Source: the human T2T-CHM13v2.0 reference genome, Homo sapiens
DNA length: 64,000 nt
Assembly (NCBI RefSeq): GCF_009914755.1
Contig: NC_060928.1
Direction: 5' to 3' (one strand)
Below, in pieces: positions 11,160 through 27,685 of this stretch. Position numbers and translations under genes: made by a program. How positions within the stretch are numbered: the first letter of the stretch is position 1; the number at the start of each line of letters is the position of its first letter. The notes beneath the pieces are model-generated. The model worked only from the letters and a program-made list of their open reading frames with translations, ran no database searches and was not told where the DNA came from.

Positions 11160-12226
11160 TATCGGGGGACCTGCCCTGATAATCAGGTAGGTTCTTTTCT
11201 ATTTTCCTAAGCATCGACTGGCTTGAGAAATAAAAGGACAGAGTACAAAAGAGAGAAATTTTAAAGCTGGGCGTCTGGGGGAGACATCACACATTGGTAG
11301 GATCTGTGATGCCCCACAAGCCACAAAAACCAGCAAGTTTTTAATAGGGAGTTTCAAAAGGGGAGGGAGTATACAAATAGGTGTGGGTGACAGACATCAA
11401 GTACTTAACAGAGTAATAGAATATCACAAGGCAAGTGGAGACAGGGCAAGATCACAGGACCACAGGACGGAAGTGAAATTAAAATTGTTAATGAAGTTTT
11501 GGCACCATTGTCGTTGATAACATCTTATCAGGAGACAGGGTTTTGAGATCAACCTGTCTGACCAAAGTTTATTAGGTGTGAATTTTCTCTTCCTAATAAG
11601 CCTGGGAGTGCTATGGGAGACTGGAGTTTATTTCACCTCTGCAATCTCGACCATAGGAGACAGGTACGCCCCACGGGGCCAGTTCAGAGACCTACCCCTA
11701 GGTGCGCATTCTCTTTCTCAGGGGCGTTCCATGCTGAGAAAAGGAATTCAATGATATTTCTCCCATTTGCTTTTGAAAAAAGAGAAATATGGTTCTGTTC
11801 TGCCCGGCTCGCCGGTGGTCAGAGTTTAAGGTTATCTCTCTTATTCCCTAAACAATTGCTGTGATCCTGTTCTTTTTTCAGGGTGCCCACATTTCATATT
11901 GCTCAAACACACATGCTGTACAATTTGTGTACTTAACGCAATTATTACAGGTCCTGAGACGATATACATCCTTCTCGGCTGACAGGATTAAGAGATTAAA
12001 GTAATGACAGGCATAGGAAATCACAAGGGTATTGATTGGGGAAGTGATAAGTGTCCATAAAATCTTCAAAATTTATGTTTAGAGATTGCAGTAAACACAG
12101 GCATAAGAAATTACAAAAGTATTAATTTGGGGAACTAATAAATGTCCATAAAATCTTCATAATCCACGTTCTTCTGTCATGGCTTCAGCCGGTCCCTCCG
12201 TTTGGGGTCCCTGACTTCCCGCAACA
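11160..12226 (-). repeat. MER11 3' LTR
   Basis: TGTTGCGGGAAGTCAGGG...CCCCCGATA on minus; direct repeat of 17139-18197. Confidence 0.92.
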
Positions 12227-13227
12227 TCTCTCCCTTTCTTTTTATGTAAATGTTCCATGGCGATGAAGGCTTGTTCATTCTCTCGATTTTGACACAGTAT
12301 TATTTGACTGGTACGGCACACTAAAAGCAAGCCAATTAAGCAGAGAAACATAATTCCAAAATTTACTATAGTGGAGCCCCCAATAGACTTAATCCAAGTT
12401 GTGGGGTTTAATCCATAAAGATTTTCTGCCACCTGATCTAACGTCTGAGCTCCAGGCATGATGGATAAGTGAGCTTGGGAGGATTCAAAAATTTGTTTTT
12501 TTAATTTAGTTGTGTCCAGTGATAAATTATCTTTTCTACCTAGAAGGTGTCCTTTGACCATTTCCCATGAATGATCAGTCTTGATATAGGAATACGGGGT
12601 GATGCAGAAATCCAAAGTATTCCAATCGCAGTGCATTTGCATGCGATGTTCTAGACTCACTACCCGATCTCCAAGCCAAATAACAGAGTGTCTTAAATCA
12701 TTAATTTGATTTGCCAATTTTTGATCGATGCCTTGTTGAGAATTCCACATTTGGGTGGAATTGGCTTGCCAATCATTAACAAAATGAGCTGTTTGAGTAG
12801 ACTGGTGTAATGCCATTCCAGCAGTGGTGGCCATTGCAGTGACTGTAATTAGGCCCATGGTAACAGCGATTAAAGTGAAAACAAATCTCTGAGATCTTTT
12901 TAGAATGCTTTGTACCACTTCATTAATTAAATGTATTGAGGTGGAGGATTCCCAAGGTCTAGGTAAAGTTATCGGAATCCAGATTCCTTCTTGAGCTCGA
13001 ACCAACATTACACTTTTCCTGGAGTCAAAGTAGGAGTTAATACAAGTGTATAGATGACAATTGACGCATTGGACAGTTTGATTATTCATCCAAATTTTGA
13101 TATTTCCTACCAATAGCATGTAAGGAGGCTTAACACAACTCTGTATGGGAACAGTCAGGTTGGAGGTAAGTAAAGCAGAATGTCTGGGTCTACAATGATA
13201 CTGAGAGTGGGACGGTAGTGGGAACAA
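12157..13227 (-). CDS. Open HML-8 env frame: SU C-terminus plus complete TM subunit (356 codons; expression unknown)
   Basis: ILKRSQR|FVFTLIAVTMGLITVTA fusion peptide, LANQINDLRHSVIWLGD, CDWNTLDFC, hydrophobic anchor IVNFGIMFLCLIGLLLVC; frame runs into the LTR. Confidence 0.5.
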   Translation of the reverse strand: MFPLPSHSQYHCRPRHSALLTSNLTVPIQSCVKPPYMLLVGNIKIWMNNQTVQCVNCHLYTCINSYFDSRKSVMLVRAQEGIWIPITLPRPWESSTSIHLINEVVQSILKRSQRFVFTLIAVTMGLITVTAMATTAGMALHQSTQTAHFVNDWQANSTQMWNSQQGIDQKLANQINDLRHSVIWLGDRVVSLEHRMQMHCDWNTLDFCITPYSYIKTDHSWEMVKGHLLGRKDNLSLDTTKLKKQIFESSQAHLSIMPGAQTLDQVAENLYGLNPTTWIKSIGGSTIVNFGIMFLCLIGLLLVCRTSQIILCQNRENEQAFIAMEHLHKKKGRDVAGSQGPQTEGPAEAMTEERGL

Positions 13228-14300
13228 CAGTCAAAATAGTTTTTCCTTCCCATACTCGCAGTTCAGACATGGCAATAGCCAATTTCCAAAATTCTGGGTG
13301 TTCTGGGCTCAGAATAGGGAGTATCATACGAGGCCTGTGGGGGTGGTAATGCCTTTATCTTCCCATTTTAAGGGAAAGAATGAGCTGATCCTTGTATGCA
13401 AAGTAGAATGATTATTCTCTTTCTCCTGGTAAGAAATAAAATAAGTAGCCTCCAGGCATTCCCTTCCACGGAGGAGCAATTGTTTTTTAAATAGCCCTTT
13501 GGTGCCCAGTCTATTACTAAACCATATGAGTCATTTTTCAATATTACTGCATGTGAGTTAACACAATCTTCCCAAATTAAAGTTTTAGATGGGCCCTCAA
13601 AATGTTTAGGGCATGGTTTTCCTGCAGGTTTATATTGAAAGTATGCGGTACCTCCCATTACTCCTCCTTTCATTTGTTTTAAAGGAGAAAGGGAGAGGCC
13701 AGAGACCAAATGTCCCATTTTATCTGTAGCTGATGTTTCTAAAAGATAAGCAGCCCAGAACTGAGTTTCTAGATGGATGCAACCAGGTGCATGTCGGAGG
13801 CACAGAGGTGGGTATTTCTAACCCATGGTAACATTAAATGCAGTGCCTTCTTCTCCTGGTTGAGCAGGGCAAGGGTCGTCTATGGCTCCAGGCATCCACA
13901 CACTATCGTTAGTGTAGATTTCTGCGGGAGCATCTATCCAGGTGAGAGGATGAATGAGTGGAGGAAAAGGCACATAAGCCCAATAAGAATAATTCTGTGT
14001 AGCAGGTAAATCAGTGTGAGAGGAAACTGGTGAGACAGAAAGTATAAGGAGGAGAATCATTAAATAAAACCTAGTGTAAGCGAGATGGAGTGCTGAAGGA
14101 GAAAGAGAAGAACAGAGGGATGTTATTTTCAGGCTAATAGAAATGGTGAGATATTTAGGTTTGTAAGGAGAAAAAGAAAGGTAATCAGGAGAAGTGTGAT
14201 TAGTTAGATGGGTCTCCAATGCCATCAGGGAGGACTGATTTACACCCATTGTGATTTGGTGTGCCTGTTTCTGAGGAGTCGGCACAGATCTCACCACATC
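13228..14300 (-). pseudogene. HML-8 env leader/SU, disrupted
   Basis: Signal-like [15 protein letters not shown] then [14 protein letters not shown]...; stop at 13818; further fragment 13368-13718 (IWEDCV..VIDWAPKG). Confidence 0.85.
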
Positions 14301-14329
14301 TGAAGGCAGTCTCTGACACAGACGTCTCT

Positions 14330-15890
14330 TCACTGTGGTTTTGTCAGTATTCACAAGAAGCTTGAGTCTTCTGGTAGGTACCCAGACAGGGGATTGATGA
14401 TCTCCTGGTGAAACACAAGCATATCCTCTTCCCCAGGTTAAGTAGAATAAGAGACAATATTTAAAGGTTTGGGGAAATCCTGTAAGGCAGTAATCACAGC
14501 AATTAACTCCGCCTTTTGAACGGAAGTATAAGAGGTAGAAATAAGTTTGTCTGCAGGACCTATATAGCCAGCACTGCCTTACTAGAGCCATCAGTGAATA
14601 CTGTAACGGCCTCAGGAATGGGTTGATTTTTGGTTAATAGAGGAACCACCCAAGACGTTATTTTTATAAAATCAAACAATTTGTTTTTTTGGATAATGAT
14701 TGTCAATAACACCAATAAAATCAGCCAAGTGAATTTGCCACAGTACAGAATGTTGAAAGGCAGCTTGAACTTCGAGCTGATTTAAAGGAACTACAATTAC
14801 ATTTGGATCAAATCCAGAAATTTGAAGTATTCTGCACCGAACCTGTCCAATTAATATGGCTATTTGGTCTAGATAAAGTTTTTGACACAGAATGAGGAAG
14901 AAAACACCACTCCACTAAATCATTATGTTGAACTATTAGTGCAGTAGGGGAGTGTAATGAAGCAAAAACCAGAAGCTGAAGAGGCTGAAATGGCTGTACT
15001 CTAGATAACTGGGCAGTCTGGATTTTTTCCTCTACAAATTCCAGATCTAGTAAAGCCTCAGGGGTCAAAGTCCTAGGGCTGCAGAGATCAGAATCTCCCC
15101 GCAGCATAGAGAACAAGTTAGACAGGGCATAGGTCGGAATGCCTAAAGTAGGTCTTAAATAATTAATGTTACCCAAAAGTTTTTGGAAGTCATTTAAAGT
15201 TTTTAAAGGATCTCTCCTAATTTGAACTTTTTGAGGTTGAATACATTTTTTATCGACCACCATTCCTAAATATTGAACAGGAGTGGTCTGTTGAATTTTA
15301 TCCTGAGCAATGTGTAATCCAGCCTCTGTAACACAGCGGCTCAAAATTTGGTAACAGTCAATTAATTTTTTATCAGTGGGGGCAGAAATTAAAATATCAT
15401 CAATATAATGAAGAATATAGGCCTCGGGAAATCGGGCTCAAACTGGTGAAAGCTCTTGTCCAACATAAAGCTGGCAGATTGTAGGGCTATTTAGCATTCC
15501 CTGAGGAAGTACTTTCCATTGATAACGAGCTACAGGCTCCTGATTATTGATAGATGGTACAGTAAAAGCAAATTTTTCACAATCCGATTTATGTAAAGCG
15601 ATATGAAAAAAAAAAAAACTCTTCAAGATCACTAACTATGAGAGGCCAATCTTTAGGTATTAAAGCAGGGGCAGGCATGCCGGGTTGGACGGCCCCCATA
15701 GGTTTAATTACAGCATTAATGGCCCTTAAATCGGTTACCATCCGCCATTTGCCTGATTTCTTTTTTACTAGAAACACAGGAGAATTCCAAGGGGAAAGAG
15801 AAGGTTCCACATTTCCAAGCTGTAACTGCTCAGAAACCAATTGATTTAAAGCCTCCAGTTTTTCTTTAGAAAGCGGCCACTGCTGAATCC
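14330..15890 (-). pseudogene. HML-8 pol remnant (RT, partial RNase H, IN C-terminus)
   Basis: [38 protein letters not shown] at ~15396-15407, [10 protein letters not shown]; jumps to [11 protein letters not shown] at ~14439. Confidence 0.9.
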
Positions 15891-16985
15891 CAGGGCCACG
15901 TGTCTTATCTCCTTTGTTTAAAAGGATATTAGGTAGTAAAAGCAATTGAGTTTGTTTAACATAGTAAAAGAAACAGGAGCTTGGGCTGGGGAGTGTAATT
16001 TCTCCCAAGCTCTCATACACACTTTTGTTACTTGTTCTGTGGTAAGAGTATCAAAGTTTAATTGGGCATAAGCATCAGAGAAACTATCGGAGCCTGTGAG
16101 CTGAGCCTGAGTAATTAGAATGCCATTACTCCGATTTAGCTGAGCCTGTAAACAGGCCTCCTCTGACCACCAGGCTGAGATGGACTTAGAACAGCTTTTT
16201 GCCAAAAGATCACAGTCTAAAGGAAGCAAAACGACCTCAGTATAAAAAGTTTGCAATGCCATTTGAACATGAGGAAACGTAGGACCATACTGAGTACAAG
16301 CATCCTTAAATTGTTTTTAAAAAGGTAAGATTGAGCGGCGCATATCGACGCAGACTGGTTGAGGAACTGAAACGACAGGAGGGTGAGGGGTTGTAGTGGA
16401 TGGGGGAGGGCCCGGAGAATGACAGGTAAATTGTAGTTTGGTCCCAGAGCCATTAGTTGATGCTGGAGGTTTGAAGAGAGAAGAATTAGCATATTTATGG
16501 TACCGGGCTTTGTGATTCACAGCCGCAGGAGTTTGAAGTACCGGCTTTTCATGAGAAGAAGAAAAGCAGGGGGTAACTTTAAGCCAAAGTTACCAGAGTT
16601 AGAAATCGAATTTTCAGAATCGTTAGGTAGGGGAGGGGTAACTGAAGGGAGAGTCTGAACGAAGGCCATGTGCGAGAGGAAGGTTGAGAAAAAGGCAGAG
16701 AAACTGAGGAAAAGGCAGAAAACTGTGGCAACTGCAGGGGGTCACGAGATTGGCAAGCCACGAAGATGGCACGCACCAAGCACCCCAAACAGTGATGGGA
16801 ACACAATACCCGGCCGAGACCAGTTTTCGGAATGCTTTACGAACACAATCACACAATTTTATATACACGGTTCCTTTTTCAGGAAACCAAGAACAATATT
16901 TTTCTACTGCCCTGAATAGAGTGATCATATTTTTCATGGTTACCTGTTTTAACAGGAGTTTGTTAGATTACACATTACCCATAGT
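15891..16985 (-). pseudogene. HML-8 gag (MA, partial CA) plus short dUTPase fragment
   Basis: LFRAVEKYCSWFPEKGT (MA), LLPLDCDLLAKS..WWSEEA (CA), [20 protein letters not shown] (dUTPase end). Confidence 0.8.
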
Positions 16986-17120
16986 TAACCCAGACCTTAC
17001 ACAGATTACTCACCACTCGTCGGGGAGTTGAACACGCTTATCTGTGGACCAAGCCGATTGACGTTTCACCGCACCTACCAAAGGGAATCCGGTTCCCTCA
17101 TGCACTTAGGAAAGAAGAAA

Positions 17121-17136
17121 GACCACGTGGGCGCCA
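17121..17136 (-). promoter_or_regulatory. Primer binding site, tRNA-Lys-like
   Basis: Minus strand TGGCGCCCACGTGG, 2 nt after the 5' LTR end. Confidence 0.85.
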
Positions 17137-17138
17137 GA

Positions 17139-18197
17139 TATCGGGAGACCTGCCCCGATAATCACGTAGGTTCTTTTCTATTTTCCTAAGCGTCGACTTG
17201 CTTGAGAAATAAAAGGACAGAGTACAAAAGAGAGAAATTTTAAAGCTGGGCGTCCGGGAGAGACATCACACATTGGTAGGATCCGTGATGTCCCACAAGC
17301 CACAAAAACCAGCAAGTTTTTATTAGGGAGTTTCAAAAGGGGAGGGAGTATACAAATAGGTGTGGGTGACAGACATCAAGTACTTAACAGGATAATAGAA
17401 TATCTCAAGGCAAGTGGAGACAGGGCGAGACCACAGGACCGAAGTGAAATTAAAATTGCTAATGAAGTTTTGGCACCATTGTCATTGATAACATCTTATC
17501 AGGAGACAGGGTTTTGAGATCAACCGGTCTGACCAAAGTTTATTAGGTGGGAATTTTCTTTTCCTAATAAGCCTGGGAGCGCTATGGGAGACTGGAGTTT
17601 ATTTCATCTCTGCAATCTCGACCATAAGAGACAGGTACGCCCCGGGGGGCCAGTTCAGAGACCTACCCCTAGGTGCGCATTCTCTTTCTCAGGGGCGTTC
17701 CATGCTGAGAAAAGGAATTCAGCGATATTTCTCCCATTTGCTTTTGAAAGAAGAGAAATATGGTTCTGTTCTGCCCGGCTCACCGGCGGTCAGAGTTTAA
17801 GGTTATCTCTCTTATTCCCTGAACAATTGCTGTGATCCTGTTCTTTTTTCAGGGTGCCCACATTTCATATTGCTCAAACACACATGCTGTACAATTTGTG
17901 TACTTAACGCAATTATTACAGGTCCTGAGACGATATACATCCTTCTCGGCTGACAGGATTAAGAGATTAAAGTAATGACAGGCATAGGAAATCACAAGGG
18001 TATTGATTGGGGAAGTGATAAGTGTCCATGAAATCTTTACAATTTATGTTTAGAGATTGCAGTAAAGGAAGGCATAGGAAATTACAAAAGTATTAATTTG
18101 GGGAACTAATAAATGTCCATAAAATCTTCATAATCCACGTTCTTCTGTCATGGCTTCAGCCGGTCCCTCCGTTTGGGGTCCCTGACTTCCCGCAACA
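17139..18197 (-). repeat. MER11 5' LTR
   Basis: Direct repeat of the 3' LTR; lacks one copy of an 8-bp CACAGGAC duplication. Confidence 0.92.
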
Positions 18198-18604
18198 CAG
18201 CACAGTGCCTGGCACAAAAGAGTTGCTCAATAAATAAATCAGGATGAATAGATAAATACACGGATAGGCACTTTGAACTACAGATGAGCTTAAATACTTT
18301 GTGTTTTTCTTAGTCAAACATGTGCAATTAAGCATGTGATAAATGTTATGATGACCACACCTGTGTCTTGCCTGACGTTCTTTGCAATCACTAAATGAAG
18401 TCAATTGTGCCTGTTTTGACAGTTCTATTTTCAACCTAATGATCTGTTTATTTTAACTTCTGGCTGTTGGCTTTGTTTGGGTGTGTTAGCCTGACAAAGT
18501 GGTAGATATTAGTATTTGCTGTTTTGTTTAAATGTCACGAAGTTTAAAAATGCCTTTGCTTTTGGTAAGAAACCCTAGTTAGGACACTCTAGTGGTCAGG
18601 ATGA

Positions 18605-18960
<356 letters not shown>

Positions 18961-19380
18961 TGAGGCTTATTCTTGGTCACGTTGCATGTCTGGGCTGTGT
19001 TAGGGCATTGTGTGGTGGTCTGTTCATTGTGTTCACTCAGGGATCCAGGCTGACAAAAGCCCCATCTCTGCATGTGTCCTTGATCACCACTTCAGGGGAA
19101 AGGGAATGTGGTGGATCATAGAGCCTCTTAACACTTCCACCTGGAGGCGATTCAAGTTGCTGCTGCTCATGGTTCATTGGACAAAACGGATCACAGAGTC
19201 ATGGGCAACTTCTCTGTGCCTGGAAGGGGAAACAAAATATGAATAGCCACATTGATTTTCCCTAGATATTACACAGAAGGTCTCATTTAAACACAGTTAC
19301 TTATTTGTGTTTTGAAGCTAATTGTAGTCCATCAACCTTCACAGAAGATATGTGCACTTCCAAGCTATTATTAAGCACAA

Positions 19381-19684
19381 TTTTTTTTTTTTTTTTTTTT
19401 TTTTGAGACAGAGTCTCACTCTCTTGCCCAGGCTGGAGTGCAGTGGCATGATCGTGGATCACTGCAACTTCTGCCTCCTGGGTTCAAGTGATTTTCATGC
19501 GTCAGCCTCCCAAAATGCTGGGATTACAGACACCCACCACCACTCCTGGCTAAGTTTTGTATTTTTAGTAGAGACGGGATTTTACCATGTTGGCCAGGAT
19601 GGTCTCGATCTCCTGACCTTGTGATCCACCCACCTTAGCCTCCCAAAGTGTTGGGATTACAAGCATGAGCCACCATGCCTGGCC
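19381..19684 (-). mobile_element. AluS-type element
   Basis: Antisense dimeric Alu with poly-T. Confidence 0.85.
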
Positions 19685-20395
19685 CATTTAACTTCTATAT
19701 TACTTTCCTGTTGGTGGATTTACCAGTGCATACTGAGCAGCTTAAAGCACCATCCAGTTATTATCTGTTTCCATGAGCCAAGGGTCTGGGCAGGGTTTAA
19801 CTGCGTCTTCTATTCAGGGTCACAATACGGCAACCAGAGTGTCAGCTGGGGTCTCATCAGATGCTCAGTGTCCTCTTCCAAGCTTATTCAGTTTGTGGAC
19901 TGAATTCAATTTCTTGCAATTGTTGAACGAAGGCCCTTAGCTCCTAGAGCTGCCACCTCCAAAGACAATTCACAGCATGGCCATTTGTGTCTCCTTGGAG
20001 GCTAAGGGTTGAATCTCTGAAACTTCACCTTTAAAAGACTCACCTGATTAGGTCTGGCCCACCAAAGATCATCCTGCTTTGGATGAACTCAAAGTCAGCT
20101 GAGCAAATGTGCTTAACAAAGCAAGTGTGACCATAATCACATTTGCAAAATTCCTTCCCCTTGGCCAAATCACAAGCTCTGCACACACTCAAGAAGAGAT
20201 GATACAGGGAGCAGATATAAGGGAGTGGGTCTCTTGGGGGCTGTCCTAGAATTCTGCCCATTACAACTTCCTTTCTCAAGGAACAGCAGGCCTGGGGAGA
20301 GACGATCACGGATGAGAGCAGCCCACAGGGTGTGAGCGCCAGGTGCTGGCGTAGGATGCAGGAGGCTGCCAAGCAAGTATGAAAAGCCTTCTGTG

Positions 20396-20740
<345 letters not shown>

Positions 20741-20912
20741 AACAACCCAGCTCCCCAAGTGAGCAAGTCCTGTCCCTTTTAAGGGCTCACAACTCTAAGG
20801 GGGTCCGTGTGAGAGGGTCGTGATCGTGAGAGAGTCGTGATCGATTGACCAAGAAGGGAGTATGTGACTGGGGACTGCATTCAGCAAACCCCATCTCTAC
20901 TAAAAATAGCAA

Positions 20913-21884
<972 letters not shown>

Positions 21885-22330
21885 ACCTATGACTTTCTTA
21901 TAACCAAGAGAATATGGCAGAGGTGATGGGATGTAGTGATTATGTCAGATAGGATGTTAAGTTGTCTTGCTAGGAGGCTATCTTGCTGGCTTTGAAGATG
22001 TGAGCTGCCATGTCATGAGTGGCCAGATGGAGAGGCCCATGTGGCAAGAAGCTGAGGACAGCAGGAACCTGGGGCCCTGAGTCCAGCAGCCTGCAAGGAA
22101 CTGAATGCTGCCAACAACCAGATGAGACGGGAAGCAGATCAATCACCAGTCAGGCCTCCAGATGAGAACTGAGTCCTGGCTGACATTATGGTTGCAGCCT
22201 TGCACTGAACCCAGCTGAGTCACGCCTGGATTCCTGACCCACAGAAACCACATAGTGATAACTGTGTGCTGTCTCAAGCCACAAAGTTTGCAGTAATATT
22301 GTTGCACAGCAATAGATAACTAATATAAAA
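21885..22330 (+). mobile_element. MLT1-type MaLR LTR
   Basis: GCTGGCTTTGAAGA, AAGGAACTGAATGCTGCCAACAACC, end CAGCAATAGATAACTAATA. Confidence 0.65.
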
Positions 22331-22610
22331 ACTGTCCTACATCATGTACATTACTGAGCAAAATGTAGAACCTGGATTTAAGCTCTGATTTCAGAGTTGT
22401 GGTCTCAGTCTCCCCAGGGAGACCTGTCCTGGGAGACAGTTATGCCAGGCTGTGATGCTGTGATGATTGTTCTCTTCCTACCCAGAAGCTTTCAATAGGC
22501 AAGTCAAGCATGTGACCCCAGCTACATATACCAAATGTATTCCTGACAAATGCCAGGACATTGTGAGCTTTCTTGTTTTACTGAGAGCTCCATAAAGGAA
22601 GGAACATCTC

Positions 22611-22901
22611 TTTTTTTTTTTTTTTTAAGAGTCTCACTCTCACCCAGGCTGGAGTGTAGTGGTGCGATCTCGGCTCACTGCAGTCTCTGCCTCCTGGGCT
22701 CAAGGGATTCTCCAGCCTCGTCCTCCTGAGTAGCTGGGATCAAAGGTGTGCATCACCACACCCAGCTAATTTCATATTTTTGGTAGAGACGGGGTTTACT
22801 CATGTTGGCCAGGCAGATCTTGAACTCCTGGCCTCAAGTGATTCGCCTACCTCGGCTTCCCAAAGTGCTGGGATTACAGGCATGAGCCAATGCACCTGGC
22901 C
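22611..22901 (-). mobile_element. Alu
   Basis: Antisense dimeric Alu. Confidence 0.85.
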
Positions 22902-23307
22902 TGTCTTTTTTATGTTATGTCCATGTGAAACAGCCCAGTGGTCAGCACACAAAGGGGTCCAAATGTGAAAGGAAAGGGCAAACACAGGGGAAACCTAGGG
23001 GTGTTCAGAAATAGTTCCCAGGTCACTGCCTGTTTCAATATGTACAGTCCTGGGCCCCACGCACAAGATTCTGACTTGGCAGGTCAGAGTTGGAGATGGG
23101 GAGCTACCTGGTTACGAGGGATCCCAGTGCATTTTGAGGCAGCTGATTGTTAAGACTGCATTGTAAAAATTACCCCACAAAGATGTGAAGGGAAACAGAA
23201 AAACATTGGCAGGCTAGAAAACAACACAAGTAAAACATGAACAAGTTCATTCCAGAAGGAGATTCTCAAACACAGCTGCACATCAGAATCACCTGGGGAG
23301 ATTTTAA

Positions 23308-23703
<396 letters not shown>

Positions 23704-24390
23704 CAGTATTTTTTTAATGAGGCAAAATTCACATAACACACAAGTCCCTGTATGAAACCATACTCTTCAGTATCATTAAATACATTCACAATGTTAAGCA
23801 ATCATCATCTCTGTCTAGTTCCAAAACATTTTCATTAACACCCCCCGCCCAAAAAAAAACCCTGTATCCATCAAGCACTCTCCATCTCCTCCCCTTTCCC
23901 CCAGCTCCTGGCAACCACTTACCTGCTTTCTGCCTCTATAGATTTGCCTATTCTGGGCCTTTCACATAAATGGAATCATGTAATATATATAATAACCAAA
24001 AGGTAGCAACAACCAAGCTGGCCATTTGGTTGATGAATGAATAAACAAAATGTGCTGTATCCATACAGTGGAAGTATTGGTGCCTACTACATGTGGATGG
24101 ACATTGGAAACATCACGCTAAGTGAGAGAGAGCCTTGGTATTGTCTCATCTCCCCAGGAGATTCCAAGGTGCAGCCAAGGTTGAGACCCACTGACAAGCA
24201 ATGGATATGGTTGGGTGCAGATGAAATAAGGCAGCCAGGGGCAGGAGGAATGTCTCATTGACGATGACTGTTTGTGGATGCCAAGCAGGGGTGGGGATGA
24301 GGGATGATAACAGCAACCCCAATCCCAACACAGCGTGACCGATTTTATCTTCAGCCAGCTGATACGCCTCATGGGGTTTGGACACAGGAC

Positions 24391-24630
<240 letters not shown>

Positions 24631-24726
24631 TGACTTTCCCCCTCCAGAAAATCCAACCTTTTCCCAAGTCACAGTGGGGCAACCCGGAGTTAATTTGAGA
24701 GAAATGTGCTTTTAAAAACAACTCCA

Positions 24727-25060
<334 letters not shown>

Positions 25061-25283
25061 TCATTCCATCCCTACATCAGCCCGTTATTTCACCAGTGGG
25101 GAAGCAGGGACACAGAGTAGTTAGGTGGGATGCCCAAGGTGGGACCACTCGTGTGAAGTTCCCACACACTAATATGAGACCCTCCATGACACAGCCCCTC
25201 TCTTTCTCCAGCCTCATTTCCTGATTCTCTCTCTTGCCCTCTAGGCTTCAGCCACACAAACTTCTTGAAAGTCCCTTAAATCT

Positions 25284-25573
25284 GGCTGAGCGCAGTGGCT
25301 CACGCCTGTAATCTCAGCACTTTGGGAAGCTGAGGCGGCTGGATCACCTGAGATCAGGAGTTCCAGACCAGCCTGGTCAACATGGTGGAACCCCATCTCT
25401 ACTAAATATCCCAAAATTAGCCAGGTGTGGTGGATGGCACCTGTAATCCCAGCTACTCGGGAGACTGAGGCAGGAAAATCGCTTGAACTCGGGAGGCAGA
25501 GGTTACCGTGAGCCAAGATCTCACCACTCCACCCAAGCCTGGGCGTGAAGAGTGAAAGTCCTTCTCAAAAAAC
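25284..25573 (+). mobile_element. AluS-type element with 15-bp TSD
   Basis: TSD AAGTCCCTTAAATCT at 25269-25283 and 25574-25588. Confidence 0.9.
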
Positions 25574-25724
25574 AAGTCCCTTAAATCTGCTCTATGCCTG
25601 TCAACCTCAGGGCCTTCACTGTGCTGTTTCTCACCCTGAAATGCTCTTCCTCATTTCTCTACATAGTGAACTCATCCCACCCCCTAGGCCTCTCCTTAAG
25701 TGTCATCTCTTCAAGGAAGATTTT

Positions 25725-26480
<756 letters not shown>

Positions 26481-26855
26481 TGTGTAAGGAAGAAAGCCTT
26501 TCCTCACCCTGTGAGACTGAGCTCCCTCTCTCCATTTATACATTCTCTTTAAGCCCTTTGCTTCTCTTTCAGAGCAATTCACGTTGACCTGGGTCACCCT
26601 CAACTTAAGGCTCATAACTCCCCTAGATCCTCAGGGTCCACACTAAATGTGATGAAATATGATGCAAGCCACATATTTACATTTGCATTTTGTAGTAACC
26701 ACATTTTAAAAAGTAAAACAAAAGAAGTGAAGGTAAATGGAATAATATCACAGATTTGAACAAATCTATCCAAAATACCAGGTCAACATGTATAAAATAT
26801 TTTAACAATAACAAAATACTTTCCTTTCTTTTTATATTAAGTCTTCACAATCTAA

Positions 26856-27685
<830 letters not shown>

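Larger units (their letters stand above)
11160..18197 (-). mobile_element. HERV-K(HML-8)/HERVK11 provirus with two MER11 LTRs, internally deleted (~7 kb)
   Basis: Highly similar LTRs 11160-12226 and 17139-18197; TSD CAACAC/CAGCAC; Lys-type PBS; PPT 12227-12243; betaretroviral gag/dUTPase/RT/env. Confidence 0.92.

Noticed and set aside
11160-18197. APOBEC3 hypermutation in the HML-8 provirus
   Set aside because: Trp codons are largely retained (WNSP, KWR, YWAY, CDWN, IWLG), unlike the neighbouring HERV-T.
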